A DNA stretch of 64,000 bases. Origin: Octopus vulgaris. Taxonomy: Eukaryota. The notes under the pieces are model-generated. The model was not told the DNA's origin. It saw nothing but the letters and a program-made list of their open reading frames with translations, and made no database searches. The position numbers and the translations under genes were made by a program. The stretch spans positions 53,382,001 through 53,446,000 of the forward strand of contig OX597814.1 in NCBI GenBank assembly GCA_951406725.2, given 5' to 3'. Numbering within the stretch: the first letter of the stretch is position 1; every line of letters starts with the position of its first letter. Shown here piece by piece: positions 15,032-28,290 of this stretch.

Positions 15032-15100
<69 letters not shown>

Positions 15101-15258
15101 CGACGAGCTTCTTTCAGACTCCGTCTACCAAATCCACTCACAAAGCTCTCGTCGGCCCGACGCTATAGTAGAAGACACTTACCGAAGATGCCACGCAGTG
15201 GGACTGAACTTGCACCTAACGTGGTTGGGAAGCAAGCTTCTTACCACACAGCCACGCC
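14791..15258 (-). mobile_element. SINE family A
   Basis: Collinear with 5231-5673; internal (CA)n(TA)n. Confidence 0.88.
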
Positions 15259-15342
15259 TATGTCTACTCCCTTATGTGTTGCTGTGTATGCATACTTGAA
15301 CAAATTCATACATTCATACATTTCTACACACACATAGCCTTG

Positions 15343-15449
<107 letters not shown>

Positions 15450-15680
15450 ACATCGTTCTACTCTACTTTAGAATATTAACTCCTCTGTTAAACTATGTAG
15501 TTTTATTTTTATAGAAAGTCACTCGCATGTGGCGGCAAACAATAAACAATAAAAGCAAGCCTAGAGCAATTACTTAATATATTGGAATTACGAAAGAAAA
15601 GTGGAAAATATCTAATGAAAAACTGTCATAAGAATGATAAAACTATCGATGCAATATATTGAAAATGTTCTGAGACATTA

Positions 15681-15711
<31 letters not shown>

Positions 15712-16159
15712 TGTATGTATGTATGTATGTATGTATGTATGTATGTGTGTGTGTATTTCAAATCTTTACAGAATATTTTCTTCTCAGTTTAAATCTTTTT
15801 TCTTGGTTCCAGAAGAAAAAAAATACAATGACGCAGAGAATAAGCACAAAAACATTGAATCAATGCAACACTCCAATTTCTCTGTCTGTATGTCAGTCTG
15901 TCTTTCTGTCTGTCTAACATTCCTCCCTCTCTCTTACTCTTTTTGTCTCTCTCTGCAATGACCTTTCGTCAAAGACTGTATTTGCATCGATTCTCTTCAG
16001 TATTATGATATATAACAGCACAGAACGAGAGGGCCAGCTTAGGTAGTAATACAAATGTAATTGGAATTCTATAATAATCATTAGCTTCATTTTCTACATT
16101 TCTTTGTTTCTATATGGATTAAATAGGATTCTTCAACTAAATTATAATTGTTTTAGCTA

Positions 16160-16365
16160 TAAGGAAGATGACAAGCTAGCAGAATTGCTAGCGTTTCGAA
16201 CAAATGCTTAACAGTGTTTTCTGACTCCTAACGTCCTGCGTTCAAAACCAACCGAAGTCAGTTTTGCATTTTATGTTTCTGGGGTCGATAAAATAAAGTA
16301 CCGGATCAATGTCATTGATCCACCCGTTCCCCCTAAAATTACTGGCCTTGTGCTAAAATTATAAG
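16160..16365 (+). mobile_element. SINE family B, degenerate copy
   Basis: AGCTAGCAGAAT head, GGGGTCGATAAAATAAAGTACC core, GGCCTTGTGC tail. Confidence 0.65.
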
Positions 16366-16475
16366 AATATTATTATCATGAAATCACAAAATATAAAGCT
16401 GTTTTCTCTCATCACAAATAAGGGGAACGGAAGAACCAATCAAAGCGCTGTGCGTAGAGAATATATATTTATATA

Positions 16476-17507
16476 TTGGGTTGAGGAATAATAATGAAGG
16501 TTTTTTTTTAATTAAAAAATGCACGCAGAAGTAAAATGCATTGGCAAAATGTTTGATGTTATTTAAAAGAGAAAAGTTTTGCTCTACAAGATAGTGCGTT
16601 TTGATTTTTTAATTTTATTGATTTTTGTGTATTTTCAGATCACTAAAATGGAATGTCAAGTGGACAAAACTAAGCATTCTCGACACCATTAACTCTTTAC
16701 ATTAAATCGATGTGTTCAGGCCTCAAACCATCACCCGCCGTTGGTTTTTGCTCTTCAAAAATGGGAATTTTGACCTCAAGGACGGATCACACACCGGTCG
16801 ACAAAGAGTGATTGAATCAACTTTTTCACGAAAATCCACGTCAAATGACCAGAGAATTGACAGAGCAGATGGATAGTAATAAAAGAACTGTGGTGAACCA
16901 CCTTCACTCAATGGACAAGGTTCAGAAACTCGGCGCTTGGTTGCCACACATTTTGAGCAAAAAAAAAAAAAAAATCTTCGTCTTCGAAAAGCTATGTTGT
17001 GTGTATGGTGGGAGTGGGAATGCATAATTCATTACGAACTGCTTGAACACAACCAATGCGGAGCTCTACGTTCAACAACTGCACCGACTAAACGAAACAA
17101 TTCAGCAAAAAAGACCGAATGGGCGAAATTGCGTTCTTCTGCAACATAACAACGCCCGTTCTCACATCGCCAATATGACCAAAGCCGCCATTCAAGAACT
17201 CGAATTGGAAGTGCTGACTCAACCTCCATACTCTCCAGACTTGGCACCGTCAGATTTTAATCTCTTTCGATCGCTTTCGAACGCTTTGCGCGGTATATCG
17301 CTCAATAATTACGTGAACTTGGGGGCTTAGTTGGACGAATACTTTGAGTCAAGACCGGGAGATTTCTATCACCGAGTCATCGAAAAACTTATTGAATGAT
17401 GGGAAGAAGTCATAAACAACAACGTAGTGTATATTATTAATTTGTTGTAGTTTTTTTTGTTTAAAATGAATCTTAAAAAAAAGCTCATGAAGTATTCCTC
17501 AACACAA
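16476..17507 (+). mobile_element. Defective mariner element
   Basis: TIRs TTGGGTTGAGGAATA / TATTCCTCAACACAA in TA context; transposase motifs GAWLPHIL, LQHNNARSH, PPYSPDLAPSDFNLF; frameshifts and an internal deletion. Confidence 0.92.
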
Positions 17508-18011
17508 TATATATATATATATATGCTTGGTCCTTAACCTCTATACATCCCTTATCTTTATATTTTTTTATATTTTGTTACATTTTTATCATGTTTTTTT
17601 ACTTTTATTTCTATTTTTATTTCTATTTCTATTTTTACTTTATAACCTTATGCCTTTACATTTATTTATATTTCTTTATATTTCTTTATATTCTTTATAC
17701 CCCCTTTACATCTCCTTATATCTCTTTATATCTTTATGCTCTACATTTTTATATTTTTCTATACTTACACTTTTTATACATTTTTTATCCCTCGTCCTGA
17801 ATTCTCGCCCCTCCATCTTCACGTATATACATGTATTTATTTATTTACATTACTTCAACATCCATTTTTCCTCATCCTACATTGAGAGAAGAAAGAGATG
17901 GACGCTTCAATTCTATGCTGCTGCCGCATTATGTCGTACGCGAATGGGAGGATTTGCATCCCTAACCAAGAATTTTTGATGTAACACATGTCCTTGTGGA
18001 AGCTGTTGTGC

Positions 18012-18089
18012 GCGGCTGAAGAAGGCCACAGACATACATTATGCATTGTTATAAATCTGTCTAATAAAGGCCCGAAACATATGTACCGC
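18012..18089 (+). ncRNA. Type I hammerhead ribozyme
   Basis: gcgg CTGAAGA a ggcc...(extended stem II with ACAGA/TCTGT)...ggcc c GAAA catatg TA ccgc; intact core, GUA triplet, palindromic stem III ACATATGT. Confidence 0.75.
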
Positions 18090-18122
18090 TGAATCCTTCG
18101 CATCATGTTTTTATTTTGATCA

Positions 18123-18172
<50 letters not shown>

Positions 18173-18991
18173 ACGTGTTTATGTATGTGTGTGTATATGT
18201 GTATGTTTGTGTGTGTGAGTTTGTAGATACCCATTTAAAAGTATTAGCGTCACATTATAAAGTACTCTATAACCTAAAGTAGAGCGGAAATAGGTAAATA
18301 TTTACTTGGCACATAGAGACCAGTCAATTATGAATTCATTTGAGTGAATTCGAAAAATTACGAATATGACTAATCTAAGTGCTAATATTCTTATATATAC
18401 ACATCTCTCTCACTCTTTTTTTCTCTCTCCTCTTCTCTCTGTCTGTCTGTCTGTCTCTCCCCTCTGTCTGTCTTTCTCTCGCTTCCCCCCTCTCACTCAT
18501 TGCCATAATATCAAGTCCATTGCTATTCTTGTGAAGGCCCATGGCCAAGTGGCTAGGCTGTTGCACCCACGATCGCTAGATTGTGGATTCGATTTCCTGA
18601 TTGGTCGGCGCTTGTTCTTGAGCAAAACACTTCTTTTCACGTTGCTCCGTAGTTGTTTCGTAGAGCTTCAGTGGCAGTATGACCCAACTTGTATTCGTAC
18701 AAGAAAATCACTCGGTATTGTTCAGTTGTGAACATTGTCATAAGAGCTGTGGGTAGCAATTTTGGTTAATAGTATTGTCTAGTAAGAAAAAGTGTTAAGA
18801 GTAAACACAAGCATATACATAGAAACTCATTAAAAGTCCATTTACAGATGACTCATAAGAAACCTATTTAAGATATATTTCATGTGAGACAACCTAATAT
18901 GTACCAAATTCAATTTAAACCGTAGATCCGATTCAAGACTAGTTCTAGGTGAACGGTAGGTATTAAAAAAAAAACACTAATGGGGTTTAAA

Positions 18992-19075
18992 ATTTACTCC
19001 AGCTGTTTCGGTAGAACTTTATTAATGTCTTCATAGATTACATCATAGCATAAATTTACCATCTTCAGGTAAAAT
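18992..19075 (-). ncRNA. Degenerate hammerhead ribozyme
   Basis: Minus strand: tttac CTGAAGA T ggta...tacc GAAA cagctg GA gtaaa; conserved U16.1 is missing. Confidence 0.45.
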
Positions 19076-19354
19076 TTTTAACGATATAAGCAAGTGAGGG
19101 AAAATCTTGATGATAACATACTCAACAACAAGTTGGATAAGTGGTGTTTTAAAAAAGAACATTTGAATTCAAAGAACATTCAAATAAAAAGAGAAATTAG
19201 GAGTATAACAGTCATGCGAGAAGTAAAGTGATAAATGATTCTATTATTTCAAACAGTTATCTTTATTGATTTAGAATTATAACTTGCTGGGTATAAATTG
19301 GATTTAGAATTATAATTCTGGTATATTTAGAATTATACTTGCTGTATAAGAATA

Positions 19355-19386
<32 letters not shown>

Positions 19387-19426
19387 TATTTGGAGTATAA
19401 TGTGAGCTTTGTGAATTATACTTGCT

Positions 19427-19489
<63 letters not shown>

Positions 19490-19585
19490 GTTAATCCAAA
19501 CAAGAAAACACAGAAAAAAACACACCAACGCGAGGACGTGGAACAATTAAAGTATTATTTGACGCTCAGGAAAGAAGGGAAGGGG

Positions 19586-19622
19586 TGTTTAACGTTTCGA
19601 GCGGAGCTCTTCGTCGGAAACA
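19586..19622 (-). ncRNA. Minimal type I hammerhead ribozyme-like motif (core variant CCGACGA)
   Basis: Minus strand: tgttt CCGACGA A gagc-tcc-gctc GAAA CG TT aaaca; same module family as 8126-8320 and 58447-58550. Confidence 0.62.
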
Positions 19623-20801
19623 AGGAGAAGGAAAGATCCCGAGAAGGAAAGACAGAGGAAAAAAATATTTTTGCTGGTGGTGCTCAAGAGATCACATGTT
19701 GAAAGAACAGAAGTTGAAAGGTAGACGAATCATGATTTTTAAAAACAAGAGAGTTTCAAAGACAAGGAATGTGTGTGGGTGCGTGTGTGTGTGTGTGTGT
19801 GTGTGCAAGGATGACAAGTGTGTGTGTGCAAGGATGACAAGTGTGTTTGTGCGTGCGTGCGTGTGTGTGTGTGTGTGTGTGTATGTATGGTGAATAATAG
19901 GCATGGCAAGCTAGCTGTCATAAAGGAGTGGCATATATATATATATACTCACACATATGCATTTACACACAAACACACACACACACATATACGCACACAT
20001 GCAGCCCTATATTTATATACCTGTATAAATATAAAATATAGAGATATAAACCAAATGATCTAATATAAAGAAATAAACCTAAGAAATGTATATAAGACAT
20101 CGTTCACATAATATTAAACACGGAATTAACAAATATTTCAGTATTTAGAGAATTTAGAGTTTGCAAACAACTACAATGAGAACGCATGTCCAGGGGGTCG
20201 ATAACATATTATAACATATGACTCAAATAATACTTAAAGATTTAAATAATATACTTAATCACGTTAGAGAGTATGGATAAATAGAAACTAAGAAGAATTA
20301 TTCGAAGCCTATTAGGTAATTGGTTTGAACTATGAAAATGTTCTACTAACGTAATGTTAGCATTTCACTGTTAGTGCTTAATTTTATACACATATTTAAT
20401 TTGGGTATTGTTATCGCGCATAATTATTTAAATGTAATGTGGTTCAAAGCAGATTAGTATTGAAACAACTGTAAGTAATAGTAGACTTATGCTGAAATAA
20501 TTTTTCATCTTCATCTTTGTTTTCTGCGTTACTCTCCGAAAATGCGTATCAGTTCATTTTATCAGTAATAGATTCTTGAATTTTCCGTGGCAATGGACTA
20601 CATTAACGGCCAAGATTTAACGTGTAGATAGCCGGCAATTAGTACTGGTGCACTAATATATATATACTTATATCAATATACTTTAAGAATATATCAGAAC
20701 TGACATTCCATTGGTTACGACGAATGTTCCAGTTGCCAGCTCATGAGCAGACAACAGGAACGCATACACAATGAAATGTAGAAAAGCATAAATTTCACAA
20801 A

Positions 20802-21692
20802 TCTATATATATAAAACTGTAGTTGTGTGAGTGTCTGTCCCCTTCGATTTAGATTCCTAACTACTCCCACATTTTGCGGTGCAGTTTAACCAAATTCGGG
20901 TATCTAATAGTCGTGATTCATATCGAGCCCGTCTGGGTATTAGCGCGCGTCTACGATGAGTCTACGATTTTAAAAATAATTTAACATCATTTTTTTCCAT
21001 TTTAACGCATATTTTTTTAATTGGCGGCGGAGTTGGCGTCCATGCTCACACCTGCACCTGTGTTGCTTCTCCCCCTTCTTCCCTCTCTCGTGAAGCTGTG
21101 GGGAAGGGAGTGTAAGGAAATCAACGTCGTAAAGCGTTGTCAAGGAGACCAGCGTTCTTTTAGAACAACGACTTCATGGCTTGAAGACACCAAAACAGAA
21201 ATGGCTAAAAAAGCTGAAACAGATCCACAAAAACGGCAAAAACTGCCACACAGGGCAGGTTTCCTGTGAAAACAATTTGCACAACCGAATGTTTTAGTTG
21301 TTGCACAAATCTTTATATATAAAAGTGAAGTTGTGTGTCTGTCTCCTACGATTTAGATTCCTAACTACTCCCACATTTTGCGGTGCAGTTTAACCAAAAC
21401 CGGGTATCTTATAGTCGTGATTCATATCGAGCCCTTCTGGGTACAAGCGCGCGTCTACGATTAAAAAAAAAAATTATCATAATTTTTTCCATTTTAATGC
21501 ATTTTTTCGCTATTATATAAGGGAAGTAACTCTCTAAAAATGTCTACGATGAGTCAACGATTTAAAAAAATTACCATAATTTTTTATTCCATCTTTAATG
21601 CATTTTTTGCTATTTTTTTGCTATAACTCTCTAAAAATGCTTATATAGTTATTTCCCTTACAAACCCGAGCAACGCCGGGCGATACTGCTAG
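20802..21692 (+). mobile_element. Non-autonomous Helitron with two 5' ends
   Basis: A^TCTATATATATAAAA start at 20802, second related TC start at 21310, 3' hairpin CCCGAGCAACGCCGGG then CTAG^T at 21689-21692. Confidence 0.85.
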
Positions 21693-22111
21693 TAGTTTAT
21701 AAGCTAATTACTTTCAACAACTGTTCCATTAGGAATGAACGTCATTAATTCCATAACAAATGAAGTAAGATACGTAATTAATTACTATAAAATAGTTAAA
21801 ATTAAATTAATTTAAAGCAATGTTTATCCCAAATCAGCAGGATTATTACAGGCTGTACTTATCGTAGACCATTGTTGGTTTTGAAGCAGGTGTTGAAAAT
21901 AATGAAATTATGAGCAATCTTTGAAATTTATGCTTTTCTGTTTTTTTTTATAATTCTTAATATACCTTTTTGATCGCTTTAGGCAATTATGGATATACAT
22001 GCAAATTGTTTCCACGTGGGTTAATTTTAAATTTATAACGTGTCGGAGTTTACCGGCCCCTTACTAACTGATTTGTTACTATCGAAATATTTTCTGATAT
22101 TTTATACATCA

Positions 22112-22214
<103 letters not shown>

Positions 22215-22289
22215 CAAGCACATCTAATCTGCCTGTATATAAATATAAACTGTGGGTACGGGGGTATGATTACCTATTACGTATATTTC

Positions 22290-22640
22290 CTGTTTAGTAC
22301 TGGGGATATTTCATATATGAGGACGTACTATGCATTTGTCTGAGGGTTTGGTCCTTTGGATGCTTGGATAAAATGCGGATGTCAAGTTGACCCAGATTGC
22401 CTCCATGTTGGTCCTTGGCATGTTGATATAGTATGGAGGACTGTTTTAGTCGTCATATTGTCTCATATGTTCATTTAGTCTTTCCGCAATGCCCCTAGAT
22501 GTCTCCCCTATGTATGTCATGTTCATGTTTTTACAAGCATCTTATGCTGTAGACTACGTTTCTAGTTCTACAGTTATTGCCAGGGTTAATCCTACATACC
22601 ATGCAGTTATCATTGGTGCATATGGTATTCTCAAAGTGGT
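22290..22640 (-). pseudogene. Penelope-like element GIY-YIG endonuclease remnant
   Basis: Hand translation CTNDNCMVC...CRTRNVVYSIRC then (frameshift) CKNMNMTYIGETSRGIAERLNEHMR = NVVY..C..C..YIGET.R...R..EH signature of PLE endonucleases. Confidence 0.8.
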
Positions 22641-23505
22641 ACGTTCTACATGGTAGAAAGTAATCATACTCACATTATATTTATATACAGGTAAAATAGT
22701 TAGTGAATTGTTTTGTAGATATGTGTGTGTGTGTGTGTGTGAGTACGTATATGTATATGCGCATGTATTTGGGCAAATGGATATGAATGTAAACAGATAG
22801 ACATACAGACGGATAGGTACATTGGTAATGTGAACAGGCATGCACACATACACACACACATACGCAAATGAAGACTGAAACACATGACCATATACACACA
22901 CACTTCACTTCACACAAGGACACATATGGAGACACGCATCCACACATATGGAGACACATATCCATATACACAGACACAGTACATAGTCACAAAACCCCAT
23001 ACATACACACACAGACACTCAGACATGCACACACAAAGAGACAGAGGTACACACACACACACACACACACACATAAAAACACAAACACGAACACACAAAC
23101 ACAAACACATGAATATGCAGAATACATACAAACGTACACACATACATACATATATAAATACGCACGCACACACATACATCCATACACACACACTTACATG
23201 CATGCATACATACATACATACATACATACATACATGTGTATGCGCACACACACTGACCCACACAGATGCGCACAAACAAACAAAAAGAACGCAGCTCGGA
23301 TAGCGGACAAAGTCAGCGACTACTGAAAAGGTTGCAGGACACAACGAAAATTTTAGGAAAAATAAATAAGTAAATGAGTGGAAGCTTTACCTGTTAGTGT
23401 GTTAAATAATAAGGCAATAAAAGAGAATGACTCTCCCCAGTCAACAACAAAATATGCTTCAACACATGAACTCACATAAAGAATCCAAGCGAAATCCAAA
23501 ACGAA

Positions 23506-23565
<60 letters not shown>

Positions 23566-23829
23566 GTTATTAGTGATAGAAGCAAACAGAATTGACTCAG
23601 AATAGTTTTCTGGTCATCTTACTTAATGAGGATATATATCATCGAAAGCCACAAATCTGCAATGAACTGCAGCGAAGAAATCAATATTTTTTTTTATTTT
23701 GTTCTGGTGAACAGATTTTATCAACGCTCCTTTGGGAGAGATCCGTATCAACTTTTATTTCATATCTCTTCTCAAGTTCATTAGCCATCCAAATTATGTT
23801 ATCGATTTCGTGGTAACAAACGTGGGCAA

Positions 23830-24520
23830 AACAGTTACTGGTTTCTTCTTCCGTTGCAGATATTGTTTCAGTATCACGATACGTGCTTCATATGATATCA
23901 ATACAGATTTGGGACCACGACCACAATCCTTGCGTGGGTAGTAAGCCAGTCTATATCTCCATTGCTGTTGAAGTTTCCTATAACACTGAGCAGCTTGCGA
24001 ATTCGAACATCTGTCTCATTGAGTTTTTGTAGTGACCAGTTGAAAAGACCAAACGTGTATGGACAGTGTAAAAGTGTGATGGACAATATACTTGTTGTAA
24101 GCTGTGAGTACTAATGACTGTATTCTCTTTACTCTCTTGAAGAATTCATTCCTGGTCCTCTCCTCATTTATGGGTTAATCATATCTGACATTCTCGTCTT
24201 GTCCAAGATACCTATTACATAAATGTCACTCGACTGTAATGGTTGTATTGTCAAACCATTCATTTTTAGGTTTTCAGAGAAGAACATAACTTTTCCACGC
24301 TTCATTGTCAAAATTGCACATATTGGGTGTATGCATGTATGTATGTAAAAATGATCGATGACACATACATAGTGTATATGTTTTCTTTAGATGTCCATTA
24401 GCTTCGGGGTATAGTTTAAGCTCATCAGTGCCGTATACAATAGTGTAATATTGATATCCGTCTTCAGGAGAAGTTATCTCGCTTGATTTGAGACATGCAG
24501 TGCTTTTTAACACTCGATGG
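23830..24520 (-). mobile_element. Decayed R4/Dong-type RT and thumb fragment
   Basis: YGTDELKLY (degenerate MDDLKLY) and YTFGLFNWSLQKLNETDVRIRKLL...FNSNGDIDWL. Confidence 0.65.
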
Positions 24521-24658
24521 CGTGAAGGAATGTTGTCCAGGACGCTATCCTGCAGCTAGTGGGCGTATAAACAAAACACATATACTATGTACATGTCATT
24601 GATAATGTTAACACTATTAGAACTACTTTTAATACAAAATTTAGTGCGTGTATATACA

Positions 24659-24770
<112 letters not shown>

Positions 24771-24860
24771 TACACACACATTTCTAAATCTCTCAGAGAG
24801 ATTTATACAGTAGCAGCACGATAAAGTGATGGTATGTTGTCAACTTAATGTAACAGGCCC

Positions 24861-25060
24861 ATGAAAAGGAAGAATGCTACTGCTATTTAACCCTAAGAAA
24901 CACCGTTTCCTGTTGGCCTTGACACATTTCTTGTGTCCTTATGCTGGCTTTGCTGGGTGGAGGTGCTTATCTCCCCTTTGAAATCATAAGGACACAGGAA
25001 ATGTGTCAAGGCCAACAGGAAACAGTGTTTCCTAACGCTAAATAGCATTCTTCCCTTCAT
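24861..25060. mobile_element. Hairpin MITE
   Basis: Arms ...GTTTCCTGTTGGCCTTGACACATTTCTTGTGTCCTTATG / CATAAGGACACAGGAAATGTGTCAAGGCCAACAGGAAAC... around a ~40-nt loop. Confidence 0.75.
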
Positions 25061-25093
25061 AGGACTGATACATTAATTTGACAACATAGCATC

Positions 25094-25143
<50 letters not shown>

Positions 25144-25185
25144 TAAATGCAAATTCATATATTCACGCACACACACACATGTATG

Positions 25186-25235
<50 letters not shown>

Positions 25236-26158
25236 TATATGAATTTGCATACATGCATTTAAAATATATTTGTAATTGAATCCACACAACTGTTTTACGA
25301 GTAGATGTAAATGCGAAACGGATTAACAGTGCTACATTAGCGTATCATGTGCTATCGACAGACGCTAATTAGCAAATATAACTCTACTGCTCTAGTTATG
25401 CTGTGCAGCTATCACTATCACCGTATATAAGTCAAGGATCAGAGCCAAATTCAAGGTACCTATTGCCTTGACTGCGGTTATTTAAACCGAAAGATTTATA
25501 TATAAGATAGAAAAGCCGTTGTTTTATGTTTTGGTTTTATATCTACTTGGTTTCACTTAGGTTTAACGATACTAATAACCAGTGGGGAACCGGACAGCTT
25601 GCCCGATGGCTAGTGGGCCCCTGCGCCATTAGAATCCATATATGGGGGCTCATGTTAATATCTAATGGGCGCATCCCCTCAAGTTTGAGAATTTTTTTAT
25701 TCACTCCTAGAAGAATGCATTAATTATTTCAGCCTGGCGGTGTTTGTAGAGAGTTGGAACGAATACTTTTAACAAAAAAATAATAAAATATTAAATTATA
25801 GCATTGTAGTTGTCTCTGACAACCAATATTTTTAGACCCAGTCCACCACTGTCAATACCTTGTTGTTAGAGCTCAATACTTATATTCCAGAATAAAGTGT
25901 TAAGCTGTACGGTTCGATATAAGGGGATGCACAAGCTCTCAGCTCTGAGAGAACAGTTCTTGTAGAAGAAGCAGCTGTAAGCTAATGATTATGACTACGT
26001 AATCTCTTCTCTCTTGCCATTCCATGAATTGTACGTATGTATATATATTATTTAACGATTGATTAAATCTTTATAAGAATTTATCAAGTAGTTAGCGTGA
26101 AAAAACTCATAAGAGAAAACTCCAACAATTTTTCTCTTAAATATATTTATTTATATTA

Positions 26159-26307
26159 TATAGAGGGCATTACTATACATAAATGCCACACGCTAGGAGG
26201 GACACTTAAAGTCAAAACTACCAAAATAAATAAACACAATTTTGGTAGTTTAGACTTTATGAGTCCCTCCTAGCGTGTGGCATTTATGTATAGTAATGCC
26301 CTCTATA
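26159..26307. repeat. Near-perfect inverted repeat (~65-70-bp arms)
   Basis: TATAGAGGGCATTACTATACATAAATGCCACACGCTAGGAGGGAC... mirrored by ...GTCCCTCCTAGCGTGTGGCATTTATGTATAGTAATGCCCTCTATA. Confidence 0.9.
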
Positions 26308-26338
26308 TTATATGATATTATATTATATTATATTATAT

Positions 26339-26415
<77 letters not shown>

Positions 26416-26417
<2 letters not shown>

Positions 26418-26745
26418 CGCAGGAGTGGCTGTGTGGTAAGTAGCTTGCTAACCAACCACATGGTTCCGGGTTCAGTCCCACTGTGTGGCATCTTGGGCAA
26501 GTGTCTTCTGCTATAGCCCCTTGTGAGTGGATTTGGTAGAGGGAAACTGAAAGAAGCCTGTCGTATATATGTATATATATATAAGTGTGTGTGTATATGT
26601 TTGTGTGTCTGTGTTTGTCCCCCTAGCATTGCTTGACAACCGATGCTGGTGTGTTTACGTACCCGTCACTTAACGGTTCGGCAAGGGAGACCGATAGAAT
26701 GAGTACTGGGCTTACAAAAAGAATATGGCTGAAACAAGTAAAGAG

Positions 26746-26746
<1 letters not shown>
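26416..26746 (+). mobile_element. SINE family A with internal deletions
   Basis: Intact head and CORE-like GTGGCATCTTGGGCAAGTGTCTT; shortened tail. Confidence 0.88.
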
Positions 26747-26796
<50 letters not shown>

Positions 26797-26805
26797 ATAC
26801 GTATG

Positions 26806-26839
<34 letters not shown>

Positions 26840-27562
26840 TGTATGTATAACAAAATATTTATTCAAACATATTTATGCATGTATTATACATACATGTAAA
26901 TATGTATGAATGCTTTGGTACGTACGCGATGAGGAAGGTTAACACGTTAGTGTAATAATATACTTTTCGTAAGCTAGGTCTGTCGTTTTGTTTCAGATCC
27001 TAAAAGCAACCTTCCCTTTTATTTACGTCATTAATGACCTGAAAAGGAATGAATAGCACACAACGTAATTTTCTTTTTGTCTTTTTATATATATGTATAT
27101 CAGACATTGAGCTGTGTGGGACGTCAGACCGAATTTACATAAAAAGCTATCAAATTAAAATACTTGGAACAATGTACTACAATTCGTTTAAAATTACTAA
27201 ATATATGTAAATGACTCTGAATAAAGTCTTGTACCACATTTGAAATCTCTACACAATCGAAATTAGTGCGGTTAAATCGTTATCATAAAGTCCTAAATTT
27301 CGCAATATACCATATGCCTGCTTGTATGCTATTAATTCTTTCTCTAAGAAACAGTATTGCTCCTATATATATTCATGTGTAAGTCGTTTTTAATAATTTT
27401 GTTTCACATCTTGATACCTTTATTTGCTAACTCAAAGTGAGAAGAGATGATTCTCATGCCTTTTTTCAGTGCATGAGTGATGTAATTTCTGAAGCAAGGT
27501 ATTAAACTCAGTTCAATGAGGGTTCATAGAATTCTACACTTCGATGTCGACACAACACGCAC

Positions 27563-27657
<95 letters not shown>

Positions 27658-27662
27658 CCTGG

Positions 27663-27745
<83 letters not shown>

Positions 27746-28016
27746 GCTAGCTTGCTAGCTAGCTATACACACACTCTATTCAGCCATTGAGTCAGCGAGG
27801 AAAAGGCAAAAGCCAGGACCCTTTACTTTCCCTGATGATACTGGTGCAAGGAAAAGGGGAATATATCCTCAAACCGGAAATATGCAAAGGCTTACGATAG
27901 AGGCCCTCGAGTATCAAGTAATGGTGTTAAACCGAACGGTGGATGAAGTCTTCTTTGTATTAGTTTGAATATTGGTTGTTTGTATGTGTATGTGTGTATA
28001 TTTTGCACATGTCTAG

Positions 28017-28185
28017 GAGTGGCTATGTGGTAAGAAGCTTGCTTCCCAACCACGTAGTTCTGGGTTCAGTCCCACTGCGTAGCACCTTGGTCAAGTGTCT
28101 TCTACTATAGCTTCGGTTCGACCAAAACCTTGTGAGTGGATTTGGCAGGCAGAAACTGCAAGAATCCTGTCGTGTATATATAAAG

Positions 28186-28241
<56 letters not shown>

Positions 28242-28290
28242 CCATGTATGTGTGTCTTTGTGTCTGTGGTTGTCCACCACCACCGCTTAA
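28017..28290 (+). mobile_element. SINE family A, 5' portion
   Basis: GGAGTGGCTATGTGGTAAG head through internal (TG)n. Confidence 0.82.

Noticed and set aside
27820-27890. CTGATGA...ACCGGAAA hammerhead-like string
   Set aside because: Stem II is only partly paired and there is no valid stem III or UH site; at best a very decayed copy.
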